Shown here one piece after another: positions 39,126 to 47,651 of a stretch of DNA of 64,000 nt (its first letter is position 1; every line of letters starts with the position of its first letter). This DNA comes from Candidatus Woesearchaeota archaeon CG10_big_fil_rev_8_21_14_0_10_37_12. Its GTDB lineage: Archaea; Nanobdellota; Nanobdellia; Woesearchaeales; ARS49. Both the position numbers and the translations under genes were made by a program. A model generated the notes under the pieces. That model made no database searches. It had not been told where the DNA came from and saw nothing but the letters and a program-made list of their open reading frames with translations. The stretch spans positions 801-64,800 of the forward strand of contig PCYA01000017.1 of NCBI GenBank assembly GCA_002762795.1. Direction: 5' to 3'.

Positions 39126-39344
39126 TTATTTTTTCTTTACAGCTTGCTTCTCAATCTTTTTTCCACACTTGCCTGCAAAATCTTTGCTTACAACACGCCA
39201 GCATTCATGCGGACCTGATTTTGATTTTGCAACTGCAAAAAATCTGCCGCCTTTGTCAACGATCTTGTAATCGTCAGTTTTAAATTTGCCTTTACTTTTT
39301 ACGTCAAAAAATTCAACTTGTTCTGCCATTATGCTCACCTCCAC
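39126..39344 (-). CDS. small basic protein, possible nucleic-acid binder
   Basis: 72 aa, Lys-rich with beta-strand pattern; no confident family. Confidence 0.35.
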   Translation of the reverse strand: MEVSIMAEQVEFFDVKSKGKFKTDDYKIVDKGGRFFAVAKSKSGPHECWRVVSKDFAGKCGKKIEKQAVKKK

Positions 39345-39449
39345 GAACCAATCGTGATACTTTCTTGTTCATGCAGGCTTTTATAAACTTTTGGGTAACT
39401 TTCCAGAGAATAGTTGCTATTACTGAGTGATGCTTGTCTGTTTCATTAA

Positions 39450-40037
39450 CTACATATCTACAAAAATTTTGTGTTTTTCATCACCAGAAAGCTCTTTCAG
39501 AATTCTCTTTACAATAGCTTTTTCAGGATCAGGAATTAACTTAACACGCTCACGCAGGTCTTTGAAACTTTCGAATTTTTTCTCGTCGCGTTTTTCAAGA
39601 ACATCCCACATATGCTTTTTGCCAAAACCGGGAACCAGCTCAAGCTGATGCATTCTTGTCGTTAACGGTTTTGCTGTGTTGAAAAAATTTACAAAGAAAT
39701 TTTCATTTTTCTGAACTAAATCCTTAATTACAAAATCAAGTTCATTTTTTGCAGTAACTGTAAGTTTATCTATTGAAAGCTTGCCTGAAATGTGATGGAT
39801 TTGGTCACGCTTTCCCTCACCAATATATGCTTCCTGCAGAGGCTGAAGAAAAATGTCTTTTTTGGGTACTAATTCCAATAATACAAAATGCTTCGTGCCT
39901 ATTGCTTGAACAATTGCGGTTTTTCTATGAGAAGGCCTAGTGTCATGCGGGTAACCATGCGGCAAGAAGTCTAGCACAATCACTGTTTCTTCCCGAACTT
40001 TGTGTTCGAGTACCTGGTCTCGTGTAGCTCCTTCCAT
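39450..40037 (-). CDS. COG1491/DUF655-type OB-fold plus HhH nucleic-acid-binding protein
   Basis: Conserved archaeal gene order L21e-RpoF-COG1491; N-terminal OB-like VIVLDFLPHGYP, C-terminal HhH-like region. Confidence 0.55.
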   Translation of the reverse strand: MEGATRDQVLEHKVREETVIVLDFLPHGYPHDTRPSHRKTAIVQAIGTKHFVLLELVPKKDIFLQPLQEAYIGEGKRDQIHHISGKLSIDKLTVTAKNELDFVIKDLVQKNENFFVNFFNTAKPLTTRMHQLELVPGFGKKHMWDVLEKRDEKKFESFKDLRERVKLIPDPEKAIVKRILKELSGDEKHKIFVDM

Positions 40038-40152
40038 TTCCGTATGGTTTACTGTCTAACATTGTAGTTTACAGAATTGTTAAGGATAGGATATATAAAT
40101 AGTTAGTGGTTAATTAGTAGGAAGTTAACATTAAGCAGTTCACAGAAAATTG

Positions 40153-40503
40153 TTATTTCTTTGAGGCAAATTCTGCAACAACATCCGCAATCTTTTTGCA
40201 GTTTTCATTCGTAACAGTAATGTTATATCCTTGCAAGACAACTTTGACATCTTTCTCTGTGATGGGAAGAACATCAATTAATTTGTTAAAATGCACGTCT
40301 CTTAAACGAGGAACATCTAATGCAGTAAGTTTCTGCTCAAGCTCTTTTGCTTTTTTTACGTCAATGAAATGCATTGACTCAAGATAATCCACTGTTTTCT
40401 GTGCTCTAAAACCAAGTTCATCATCGCGTTTTTTTATTCTTTTTAACTCATCATGCAGCTCTGCTGCGCTGATTGGTGTTTGTGAAATGATTGTTTGAGT
40501 CAT
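40153..40503 (-). CDS. rpoF: DNA-directed RNA polymerase subunit F (Rpo4)
   Basis: 116 aa; ISAAELHDELKRI...AKELEQKL...KLIDVLP...DVKVVL...IADVVAEF matches the RpoF pattern; sits next to L21e as in most archaea. Confidence 0.6.
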   Translation of the reverse strand: MTQTIISQTPISAAELHDELKRIKKRDDELGFRAQKTVDYLESMHFIDVKKAKELEQKLTALDVPRLRDVHFNKLIDVLPITEKDVKVVLQGYNITVTNENCKKIADVVAEFASKK

Positions 40504-40793
40504 TGTAATCTCCTCAAATGAACTGGATGAACGATGATCAATTTTTTCTGATTACCGTCTTTAATCTGTACTTCATAACAATTGCCGCGCTTTCCTGTCA
40601 CAACTCCTGGTCTGCTGTGAAATCTTCTGTGATAAAGGTTTTTTTGCACAGCAGGTTCTGCAGAAAGTATTGTTTTGTCGCCTACTTTGAACGCAGTGAA
40701 AAACTTTGTTAAAGATATCTTTCCTTTAGTTCTCGGATGCTTACGAAACAAGCGCCTTGTACCAGCGCGAGAACCGCCTTTTCTTTTACCCAT
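40500..40793 (-). CDS. rpl21e: 50S ribosomal protein L21e
   Basis: MGKRKGGSRAGTRRLFRKHPRTKGKISLTKFF...GKRGNCYEVQI...IVHPVHLRRL. Confidence 0.85.
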   Translation of the reverse strand: MGKRKGGSRAGTRRLFRKHPRTKGKISLTKFFTAFKVGDKTILSAEPAVQKNLYHRRFHSRPGVVTGKRGNCYEVQIKDGNQKKLIIVHPVHLRRLQ

Positions 40794-40893
40794 ACACGAT
40801 GATTTAAATGAGGGGTTTATAAAGGTATCGGATTTGCTTTTTGTTGTTAAACTGAGTAGAAAAACTTAAATAATTTTGCTTTAACGATTAATT

Positions 40894-41283
40894 ATGCCAA
40901 GATGGGAAGATGATAGTTGGGAAGTGGAAGCAGATGAATATTTGGCAGGACGAAGAGGAGAAATAGCAGTGGGATGTCTGTCGTCCAGAAGACCAACACA
41001 AGTTTACTTAGATCCTCATCAATTAAAAATAAGCCAAGATGCATCTAGACAAGGATGGATTCTTCATCGTGATTATCAATGGGAGGGTGCGATTGCAGCA
41101 AATCACGTTGACGCTCCTCCTGAACCGGACTCAGACGAACTTCAAGGAAGAATAGAATGGGCTGAAACAAGCCATCTGTATGTTGTTGGTTATGATTTAA
41201 AAGATCGTCTGGCTGTAGCTCGTGATTTAAGATGTATGCAAAAGGCAAGAAGAGATTTTGAATCATATAAATCGCCCGATTAA
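40894..41283 (+). CDS. hypothetical protein
   Basis: 129 aa, Trp-rich, no motif. Confidence 0.4.
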   Translation: MPRWEDDSWEVEADEYLAGRRGEIAVGCLSSRRPTQVYLDPHQLKISQDASRQGWILHRDYQWEGAIAANHVDAPPEPDSDELQGRIEWAETSHLYVVGYDLKDRLAVARDLRCMQKARRDFESYKSPD

Positions 41284-41373
41284 AAATATGGCTTTTTTGT
41301 CACTAAGAATTATATCTTAAAAAGACTTCTCACTATATATTGTGACTAAATTGTCAAGGGTGTGAACTACTGA

Positions 41374-41622
41374 TTGGAGATGAAGGAGGAAAACATGGCA
41401 GAAAACAAAGATGAGCAGATTGGCTTTCATAAAGGATCATTAACAACGCTTGCAAAAGAAAGACAAGAACTTGCACGCATGCTTCAAATAGTTGAACAAT
41501 TAATGCAAGCACACATCAAAGCACTTAAAGATTTGGGCGTTGATTTAGAAGCACAAGCAAAGCAAGCAAAAGAACCAGTTAAAGAAAGTAAACCATTAGA
41601 AGAGGCAATCAGAAAAGCATGA
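41374..41622 (+). CDS. small coiled-coil protein
   Basis: 82 aa, heptad pattern; stop overlaps the next start. Confidence 0.35.
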   Translation: MEMKEENMAENKDEQIGFHKGSLTTLAKERQELARMLQIVEQLMQAHIKALKDLGVDLEAQAKQAKEPVKESKPLEEAIRKA

Positions 41623-42368
41623 ATTACGGAACAGGAGGGTACAGCCCAGTAAGCGGTTACGGAGCAGGATTTCAACACAGCTCTGGCAGTTATACGCTTC
41701 CTACAGCAACCTACAGCTCAGTTAGTAGCGGATACAACTCAGCAAACAATTATGAAAGCTCTTCGCTAAAACCATATGCTGCACAAGAACACGCACACTT
41801 TTCTTTCGCAGAGAGTTTTCTTGTAGAAAACAGGCCAACAACGCAATTTGTCTCGGAATTAGGAGAAGTACGGGAAATTGTAGAAGAAACATACTGCAAG
41901 ATAACAGGACAGGAATTTCCACACGATGACATCAAAATAGTTATTTGCAATTCAGAACAATTAAAATCAATTCATGAACAATCAGGAAGCAGATGGAGTC
42001 CTGGAATATTGGGATTCAGTTTCAACAAATACGCTAAAGGAGTGTCTGAAATTTACGTCAAAGAAGACCACCTGGACAGTTTACTGCTCACAATCGGACA
42101 TGAGATAGGACACGTATTAAGCCCAACGTTACTTAATGCACAAGATGAAGAAGCAAAAGCACACGCATTCAGCTTAGCATGGATGGAAACAATCAGAGAC
42201 AACAACATTGGGGGCTTGCAGCCAAACATATCATTAAATCCTGCACAAAACGGATTGCATGACGTTGCATTTGATTACGTAAAATATTTACTTCGCACAG
42301 GAAGCTCATCATTTGACATATTTCAAACCCTTGCACACGGATTAACCAGTATAATAGCACGAACCTGA
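41619..42368 (+). CDS. HExxH zinc-metallopeptidase-like protein (ImmA/IrrE-DUF955-like) with Gly/Ser/Tyr-rich N-terminus
   Basis: LLLTIGHEIGHVLSP HExxH motif in an all-helical context; low-complexity G/S/Y N-terminal 60 aa. Confidence 0.5.
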   Translation: MNYGTGGYSPVSGYGAGFQHSSGSYTLPTATYSSVSSGYNSANNYESSSLKPYAAQEHAHFSFAESFLVENRPTTQFVSELGEVREIVEETYCKITGQEFPHDDIKIVICNSEQLKSIHEQSGSRWSPGILGFSFNKYAKGVSEIYVKEDHLDSLLLTIGHEIGHVLSPTLLNAQDEEAKAHAFSLAWMETIRDNNIGGLQPNISLNPAQNGLHDVAFDYVKYLLRTGSSSFDIFQTLAHGLTSIIART

Positions 42369-42376
42369 GGTGGAAA

Positions 42377-44383
42377 ATGGCAGCAAAAAAACAAATAGAG
42401 AATTTTGAAAAATCATCAGAAAATAGTCAAAATTCTCTAAGCAGTGCTTTGAATAATAAAAAAAGTAACCAGCCAAAGCACTCAGCAAAGAAAACAGAAA
42501 CATACGAAAAACAGGAAAAACCAGAACAATCATATGGTCAAAAACAAACAACAAAAACAGAACAAAAAGAAGACTTTATTCCACTAAGTGTACCAAAAGA
42601 AGTTGTGGAGCAACTCAAACCAATCAAAGACAAACTTGTCAAGTTTCAAAAAACAATTACTGAAAAATTTGACAAATACATCATGGGTATTGCGTTATTA
42701 CCACCACCATTACCACCTCTGAAAAATTTACCTCCAGATATACTGGCACAAGAACAAAAAAGATACGATCAGGAAAAAGACAAATACCACACCTTAGTTC
42801 TCATAGATGATACAGAACCAACACGAATGAGCAAACTTGAGTTAAAAGATAAATTAACTGCAATCATGGATAAATCAGCAATAGAAATTGACCAAAAAAT
42901 ATACCCTCAGCCACTATTGCTCACAGAACTCTGGCAAAACTGTTATGATGGGAAATATGACTTGCTCAAACTTATAGGGATGAGTGCTCCTATTTATGAC
43001 ACTGGAATGCTTGGAGCAGTACGCATTGCAGAAATGCACAAAAATATGGTTCTCAAAAAATTTGAGAAGTACATTGTAACATACGTTCTTGCAGGATCAT
43101 TAGTACAAGGACGAGCAACAAAAGAATCAGACATAGATGTCTTTATTGTTATTGATGATACTGACGTTAAGAAAATGTCACGAACAGAACTTCGTGACAA
43201 ATTGCGAGCGATTATTCTAGGAATGGGTGCAGAAGCAGGTGAATTAACAGGCATCAGAAACAAAATCAACATTCAACCGTACATCCTAACAGACTTCTGG
43301 GATATGATACGAGAAAGTAATCCTGTTATATTTACTTTCCTGAGAGATGGAGTTCCTTTCCACGACAGAGGAATATTCATGCCATGGAAACAACTGCTCA
43401 AAATGGGCAAGATAAAACCATCAACAGAAGCAATAGACATCTTCATGAGCTCAGGAGAACAAACGCTAAACAAAGTCAAACTGCGATTGCGAGACATTGG
43501 AGTAGAGGATTTTTTCTGGGGAATTCACACACCAACACAAGCAGCATTGATGTTATATGGTGTTGCACCACCCGCACCTAAAGAAACGTGTGGAGTACTT
43601 CGAGACTTATTTGTCAAAAAAGAAAAACTGCTTGAAGAAGATTATGTAAAAATCCTTGAAAATGTTATTCAGGTCAGAAAAGACATAGAACACGGAACAA
43701 AAAAAGAAATCACAGGCAAAGAAATAGACCAATTGCTTGCAGACTCTGAAAAATACATGAAAAGACTCAAAAAATTATTTACACAAATCGAAAAAATTAA
43801 GGAAGAAGAAAGCATGTTGCACATATATGACACCATGCAAACAATGCTACGCGATGTACTGAAAGTAGAGGGTGTTGATAGGGCAGCAGAAGGGGAATTA
43901 GCGCATGTTTTCGAGGAAGAATTAATTAGTACTGGAAAAGTTCCTGCTAAGTATTTGAGAACTCTGCATGACTTGCTAAAAGCAAAAGCAGACAGTGACA
44001 AAGGAAAACTTGGCAAAACAGAAATTGATCAGGTGCGCAAACAAGCAAATGAGCTAATCAGATATCTGGTTGATTACACACAACGCAAAAGAGTACGCGC
44101 ATTTGAACGAAGCAAAATCAAGGTAAAACACGGCAATAAATACGGCGAAATAGTGTTGCTTGGTGATTCAGCGTTCATAATTACTGACATGGATGCAAAA
44201 GAACGCGTTGTAGAAGAAGCACCAGTGAAAGAAGACGGAAGTTTTGGAACAGCAAAAAAAATAAAACCAGAAGAGTTTGAAGAAGCAATGACAAAACTCT
44301 CACCAAGAAAAGTAACATTGACTTCGAATTTGTTTGAGAGCATAACAAAAATATTCGGTAAAGATTGCGAAGTGCTTTATTGA
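42377..44383 (+). CDS. large Lys/Glu-rich protein with tandem Pol-beta-type nucleotidyltransferase domains (first degenerate) and helical C-terminal region
   Basis: YHTLVLIDDTEPTRMSKLELKDKLTAI (degenerate copy) and YVLAGSLVQGRATKESDIDVFIVIDDTDVKKMSRTELRDKLRAI (intact GS..DxD); 300-aa helical C-terminus. Confidence 0.55.
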   Translation: MAAKKQIENFEKSSENSQNSLSSALNNKKSNQPKHSAKKTETYEKQEKPEQSYGQKQTTKTEQKEDFIPLSVPKEVVEQLKPIKDKLVKFQKTITEKFDKYIMGIALLPPPLPPLKNLPPDILAQEQKRYDQEKDKYHTLVLIDDTEPTRMSKLELKDKLTAIMDKSAIEIDQKIYPQPLLLTELWQNCYDGKYDLLKLIGMSAPIYDTGMLGAVRIAEMHKNMVLKKFEKYIVTYVLAGSLVQGRATKESDIDVFIVIDDTDVKKMSRTELRDKLRAIILGMGAEAGELTGIRNKINIQPYILTDFWDMIRESNPVIFTFLRDGVPFHDRGIFMPWKQLLKMGKIKPSTEAIDIFMSSGEQTLNKVKLRLRDIGVEDFFWGIHTPTQAALMLYGVAPPAPKETCGVLRDLFVKKEKLLEEDYVKILENVIQVRKDIEHGTKKEITGKEIDQLLADSEKYMKRLKKLFTQIEKIKEEESMLHIYDTMQTMLRDVLKVEGVDRAAEGELAHVFEEELISTGKVPAKYLRTLHDLLKAKADSDKGKLGKTEIDQVRKQANELIRYLVDYTQRKRVRAFERSKIKVKHGNKYGEIVLLGDSAFIITDMDAKERVVEEAPVKEDGSFGTAKKIKPEEFEEAMTKLSPRKVTLTSNLFESITKIFGKDCEVLY

Positions 44384-44535
44384 TTTTTTATCTCAAATGT
44401 TGGGTCTAATACAAAGAAAATTCTCAGAGTTTTCTGTGCGCGAAAAATGTATTTTTCGCTGTAGAAAAATGAACGATACCAATAAAATTCTTAGAATTTT
44501 ATGGCGCCAAAAAATGCTTTGAATTTTTTGAGCGA

Positions 44536-44580
44536 AATACCCTGACCTTCAGGTCGGGGAATGGTGCGTTTTTCTTTATT
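44536..44580. repeat. GC-hairpin plus T-tract element copy 1 (CCTGACCTTCAGGTCGGGGAATGGTGCGTTTTTCTTTAT)
   Basis: ~90% identical to 49991-50035; sits between convergent gene ends. Confidence 0.5.
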
Positions 44581-44662
44581 TTATACGTCAGAAATATACC
44601 ATCAGTCTATTTGACTGATGGACAACGTCCCTATTACTATAGTAATCTGGTATATTTCTGAG

Positions 44663-44763
44663 CATGCTCAAGAACCACTGGACTATATTTTCTTATAACT
44701 TTCTGAACAGTCATGCCACTGGTGTTTAGCGACGAAGGAGCGATCACCAGTGGTTCTTGACAT
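44663..44763 (+). repeat. MITE-like element copy B
   Basis: Inverted repeats ctcaagaaccactgg (44668-44681) and ccagtggttcttgac (44747-44761); internal sequence ~80% identical to copy C; preceded by nested hairpins 44589-44660. Confidence 0.6.
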
Positions 44764-44790
44764 ATTTGATAAGATTTGAGTAGAAGCAAC

Positions 44791-45900
44791 TTAACTCTTC
44801 TTCGCAAACAAATCAACCATTTTTGCAAATACTTTTGAAATTGGTGTTATTATTGATGTTTTGTATTCGCTTAACACTAATTTTTCAATTGCATGTTTAA
44901 TAAGTGCAGGCAATCGTCCAGTAATTACTTTTTTATTTGGCAAAGTCAATATTGCATTATGATCTCCTAAACTTATTACAAGCGGAGCACTTTTTGGAAT
45001 ATACTTCTTTAATGTCTCTTTTCTCTCCAAACAAAGAATATTCCTGACAATCGTGTGCGCATGACGCTCTGCATTCTGAGCAGTCTTTTCCTCTTTAACA
45101 TTATTTATGTCACCGCCAACAAAAATGTTCTTTGTACCTTCTAACTGCAAATAATTATTTACCTTTAACGCACTTCGTTCGTCGCAAAACTTTTCTTTGT
45201 TTTTCATAAACCAAGGGTTGTATCTGATTCCTGCACACCACAACGCAGTATCTGCAACAATTTTTTTTCCTTTATCAGTTAAATACGTTTTTTTTCCTTT
45301 ATGTTTTTTAACTCGTTCACCAAATATGATTTTAACGTTATGGGCTTTCAAAAAATTTTCTGCATAAGTTGATGCTTTTACAGGATTTCTTTCAAGCAAA
45401 CGTTCTTTTGGATGAACAAGTGTGACATTTACTTTTGGAGCTTTTGTAATAAGTTCGCCAGTAATTTCTGTACCAACAAGACCTCCACCAACAATTAAAA
45501 GATTCTTGCTTTTACAGATATATTTTCCAATTCTCGTAGCCTCGCTGCCTGATTTTAGCGTGTACACATTTGTTTTATTTTCTAAAAAAACAGGATAATC
45601 AATTCCTGTGCAAACTATCAAATAATCAAAGTTTAGTGTTTCTTTGGCTGTTTTGACGTGTTTTTCTGTAACTTCCAGTAGTTTGTCCGTTACTATTCTT
45701 GTACGTTTTAGAAAATTTTTGAAAGGAACAATTATTTTTTTGTGATATTTTGAATCAAAAATAATTCTGTGAATGCTCGGCGTGTATTCAAAATAATTTT
45801 TCTTATCAATTAAAATAACTTGAAAATCAGGCAAAACATTAAGTTTCTTTGCAGCTAATGCTCCGCAAAAACCTCCACCAAGGATAATTATTTTTTTCAT
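44791..45900 (-). CDS. FAD-dependent pyridine nucleotide-disulfide oxidoreductase (NDH-2/SQR-like)
   Basis: Two Rossmann motifs IILGGGFCGALAA and LLIVGGGLVGTEI, 369 aa. Confidence 0.7.
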   Translation of the reverse strand: MKKIIILGGGFCGALAAKKLNVLPDFQVILIDKKNYFEYTPSIHRIIFDSKYHKKIIVPFKNFLKRTRIVTDKLLEVTEKHVKTAKETLNFDYLIVCTGIDYPVFLENKTNVYTLKSGSEATRIGKYICKSKNLLIVGGGLVGTEITGELITKAPKVNVTLVHPKERLLERNPVKASTYAENFLKAHNVKIIFGERVKKHKGKKTYLTDKGKKIVADTALWCAGIRYNPWFMKNKEKFCDERSALKVNNYLQLEGTKNIFVGGDINNVKEEKTAQNAERHAHTIVRNILCLERKETLKKYIPKSAPLVISLGDHNAILTLPNKKVITGRLPALIKHAIEKLVLSEYKTSIITPISKVFAKMVDLFAKKS

Positions 45901-46042
45901 TTGTTATGATGCCCCACTCCTTGGGACGGTTGGGTTCGTCCTTGTTTTTCTTACCATCGATGGGGTATCATAACTTTAAACCCGAGAAAATTCAAAGAAT
46001 TTTCTTGTACCCCACTGCTTGCGGTGGTTGGGATTTTTATTT
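45898..46042 (-). repeat. structured repeat copy 2 (reverse orientation), abuts the start codon of the oxidoreductase gene
   Basis: Reverse complement aligns with 7589-7756 but lacks a ~30-bp internal segment; its terminal ATGAA supplies the start codon of the 44791-45900 gene. Confidence 0.55.
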
Positions 46043-46480
46043 AAAATCAAAACCATAACGTTTTTTCCATTTTGTAAGGTTATTAAATATATTTGTAACA
46101 TCCTTGTTTTCTTTTGTGAGCATAAAAACATATGCTGCAAGCTCAACAGAACTCAAATCTTTTGTCAAGTCATACAAGCTCTCTCTTTTGTTTTTTGCAT
46201 AATCAATGCCCTCTTTACAAACAGCATCCACTAAGACCCCTACTTTTTCATCTTTTATTTGTCTTACCAAATCATCTTTAAGTTGGGAAATCATATCAAT
46301 CATTTTTTCAGAGAATAGTTCAGCAAGTTCTTTTGGCTTGTTTAAGACGGAAATTATCGCATCTTCATCATTTTGAGTTAGTCCTTCAAAATATTCAAGA
46401 ACAGGTTCTGCAAACAAACTAAGAGAAATAACAGAGCTATTCAACAAAATATTCCTAACTTTTTCCTGAAGAGCATTCAT
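46037..46480 (-). CDS. hypothetical acidic helical protein
   Basis: 147 aa, no motif. Confidence 0.4.
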   Translation of the reverse strand: MNALQEKVRNILLNSSVISLSLFAEPVLEYFEGLTQNDEDAIISVLNKPKELAELFSEKMIDMISQLKDDLVRQIKDEKVGVLVDAVCKEGIDYAKNKRESLYDLTKDLSSVELAAYVFMLTKENKDVTNIFNNLTKWKKRYGFDFK

Positions 46481-46588
46481 TTACTCTGTTATTTCTCGCT
46501 TACTTAAAATACCTTTCTTTTTTAGAAAACAGTATGAATTTTTTGTGAAAAAAATAAAAAAGAACAAGTTGCTAAAGAATAAAAAGAC

Positions 46589-46663
46589 CTATCGTCTCTT
46601 CTTCTTAGTTGCTTTTTTCTTTGCTGGTTTCTTTGCAGCTTTTCTTCTCTTCTTTGCAGCCAT
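46589..46663 (-). CDS. possible 24-aa Lys/Arg-rich micro-protein
   Basis: MAAKKRRKAAKKPAKKKATKKKRR* with SD gaggtga 5 nt upstream and a TATA-like tttttaaatg ~60 nt upstream; too short for statistical support. Confidence 0.25.
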   Translation of the reverse strand: MAAKKRRKAAKKPAKKKATKKKRR

Positions 46664-47022
46664 ACTTTTCACCTCTTTTTTGATTTCAAACCATGAAATG
46701 TGGTTTTTCACCAATAATTTATATCATAAGCATTAATCATTTAAAAAGTTAACTGAAATTTTAACACGAAGTACGTTTTCGAACTTTTTGAAAAAACAAA
46801 ATTCATTTTGTATTTTTTTGTTTTTGTTTTTTCGTTTTTGAAATTCTCCGACGATAAACTTGTGAAAAGTTAACTCTGTGCAATTTTTAGTTTTAAACTT
46901 TGAAATTTTCTCGCGATTTTTCACAAATGCTAATTATTAGACTTTTTTTAGTAAACTCGCAAAAAAATGTTTTTTTTTTAATTTTTTTGATTAGACATAT
47001 TTTTTTGATGACGAAACATACT

Positions 47023-47454
47023 TTATCTTGCCTTATCTGATAATTGTTCAACATAATTTTTTTTCTCAGCGTTCAAATAACTTTGACAGGCAAGAACAAC
47101 TGCTTGTTCAATTTTTTTAGCAACGGATCCAACATCAGTCATATCAGAACCGATCTTAACTTGAGCATCTGTGAAGTTATTTCTGTCTCGAGTTAAATAA
47201 CCTAATCTCACATTGATTTTATCATCTATGCAAAATTTCCATTCAACTGCAACACCAAGTTGTGTTCTTCTCGCTCCGCGATGTTCTAACTCTCTCCCAG
47301 AATCTTTCAACGCATATAATGTTTCAAGAGTAACATATGCAAGACCTTGTCTTAACTCATCGCCATCAGATTTTCCATCATCCTGAAGAATGTTCACTAG
47401 TTCAGTTTTTAGAGATATCCTTTGCTGAAATCTATATCTGTAGCTCATAAACAC
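47023..47454 (-). CDS. hypothetical protein with alternating beta-strand pattern
   Basis: 143 aa, no signal peptide, amphipathic strands. Confidence 0.35.
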   Translation of the reverse strand: MFMSYRYRFQQRISLKTELVNILQDDGKSDGDELRQGLAYVTLETLYALKDSGRELEHRGARRTQLGVAVEWKFCIDDKINVRLGYLTRDRNNFTDAQVKIGSDMTDVGSVAKKIEQAVVLACQSYLNAEKKNYVEQLSDKAR

Positions 47455-47651
47455 ATCTCTAAAAAAGCACTATAAAATACTTTGTTTCGTATCTTGCGAA
47501 AAAGTGCAATGTCTTATTTTCAGAAACATTTATATTTGCTTGCTGTTTTCTTTGACATATGGCGAACAGAGTTGATTGTCTTCATCATTGATGATTTTTT
47601 TCTAGATAACATTATATACAAATACAGTAAACAACAAGGAGTTGATACACT

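Noticed and set aside
46545-46736. 63-aa Lys then Leu/Phe-rich ORF on the plus strand
   Set aside because: It is the antisense reading of AAG/AAA-rich sequence; the minus-strand micro-ORF with a strong SD is the more plausible coding feature, if any.
47023-47454. 143-aa protein with amphipathic beta-strand pattern reminiscent of bacterial outer-membrane proteins
   Set aside because: No signal peptide and archaea lack an outer membrane; resemblance is only compositional, so left as hypothetical.
47560-47650. UGAUGA (C-box-like) motif within palindrome TCATCATTGATGA upstream of hisS
   Set aside because: No matching D box (CUGA) or guide-like arrangement at the right spacing; probably just promoter-region sequence.
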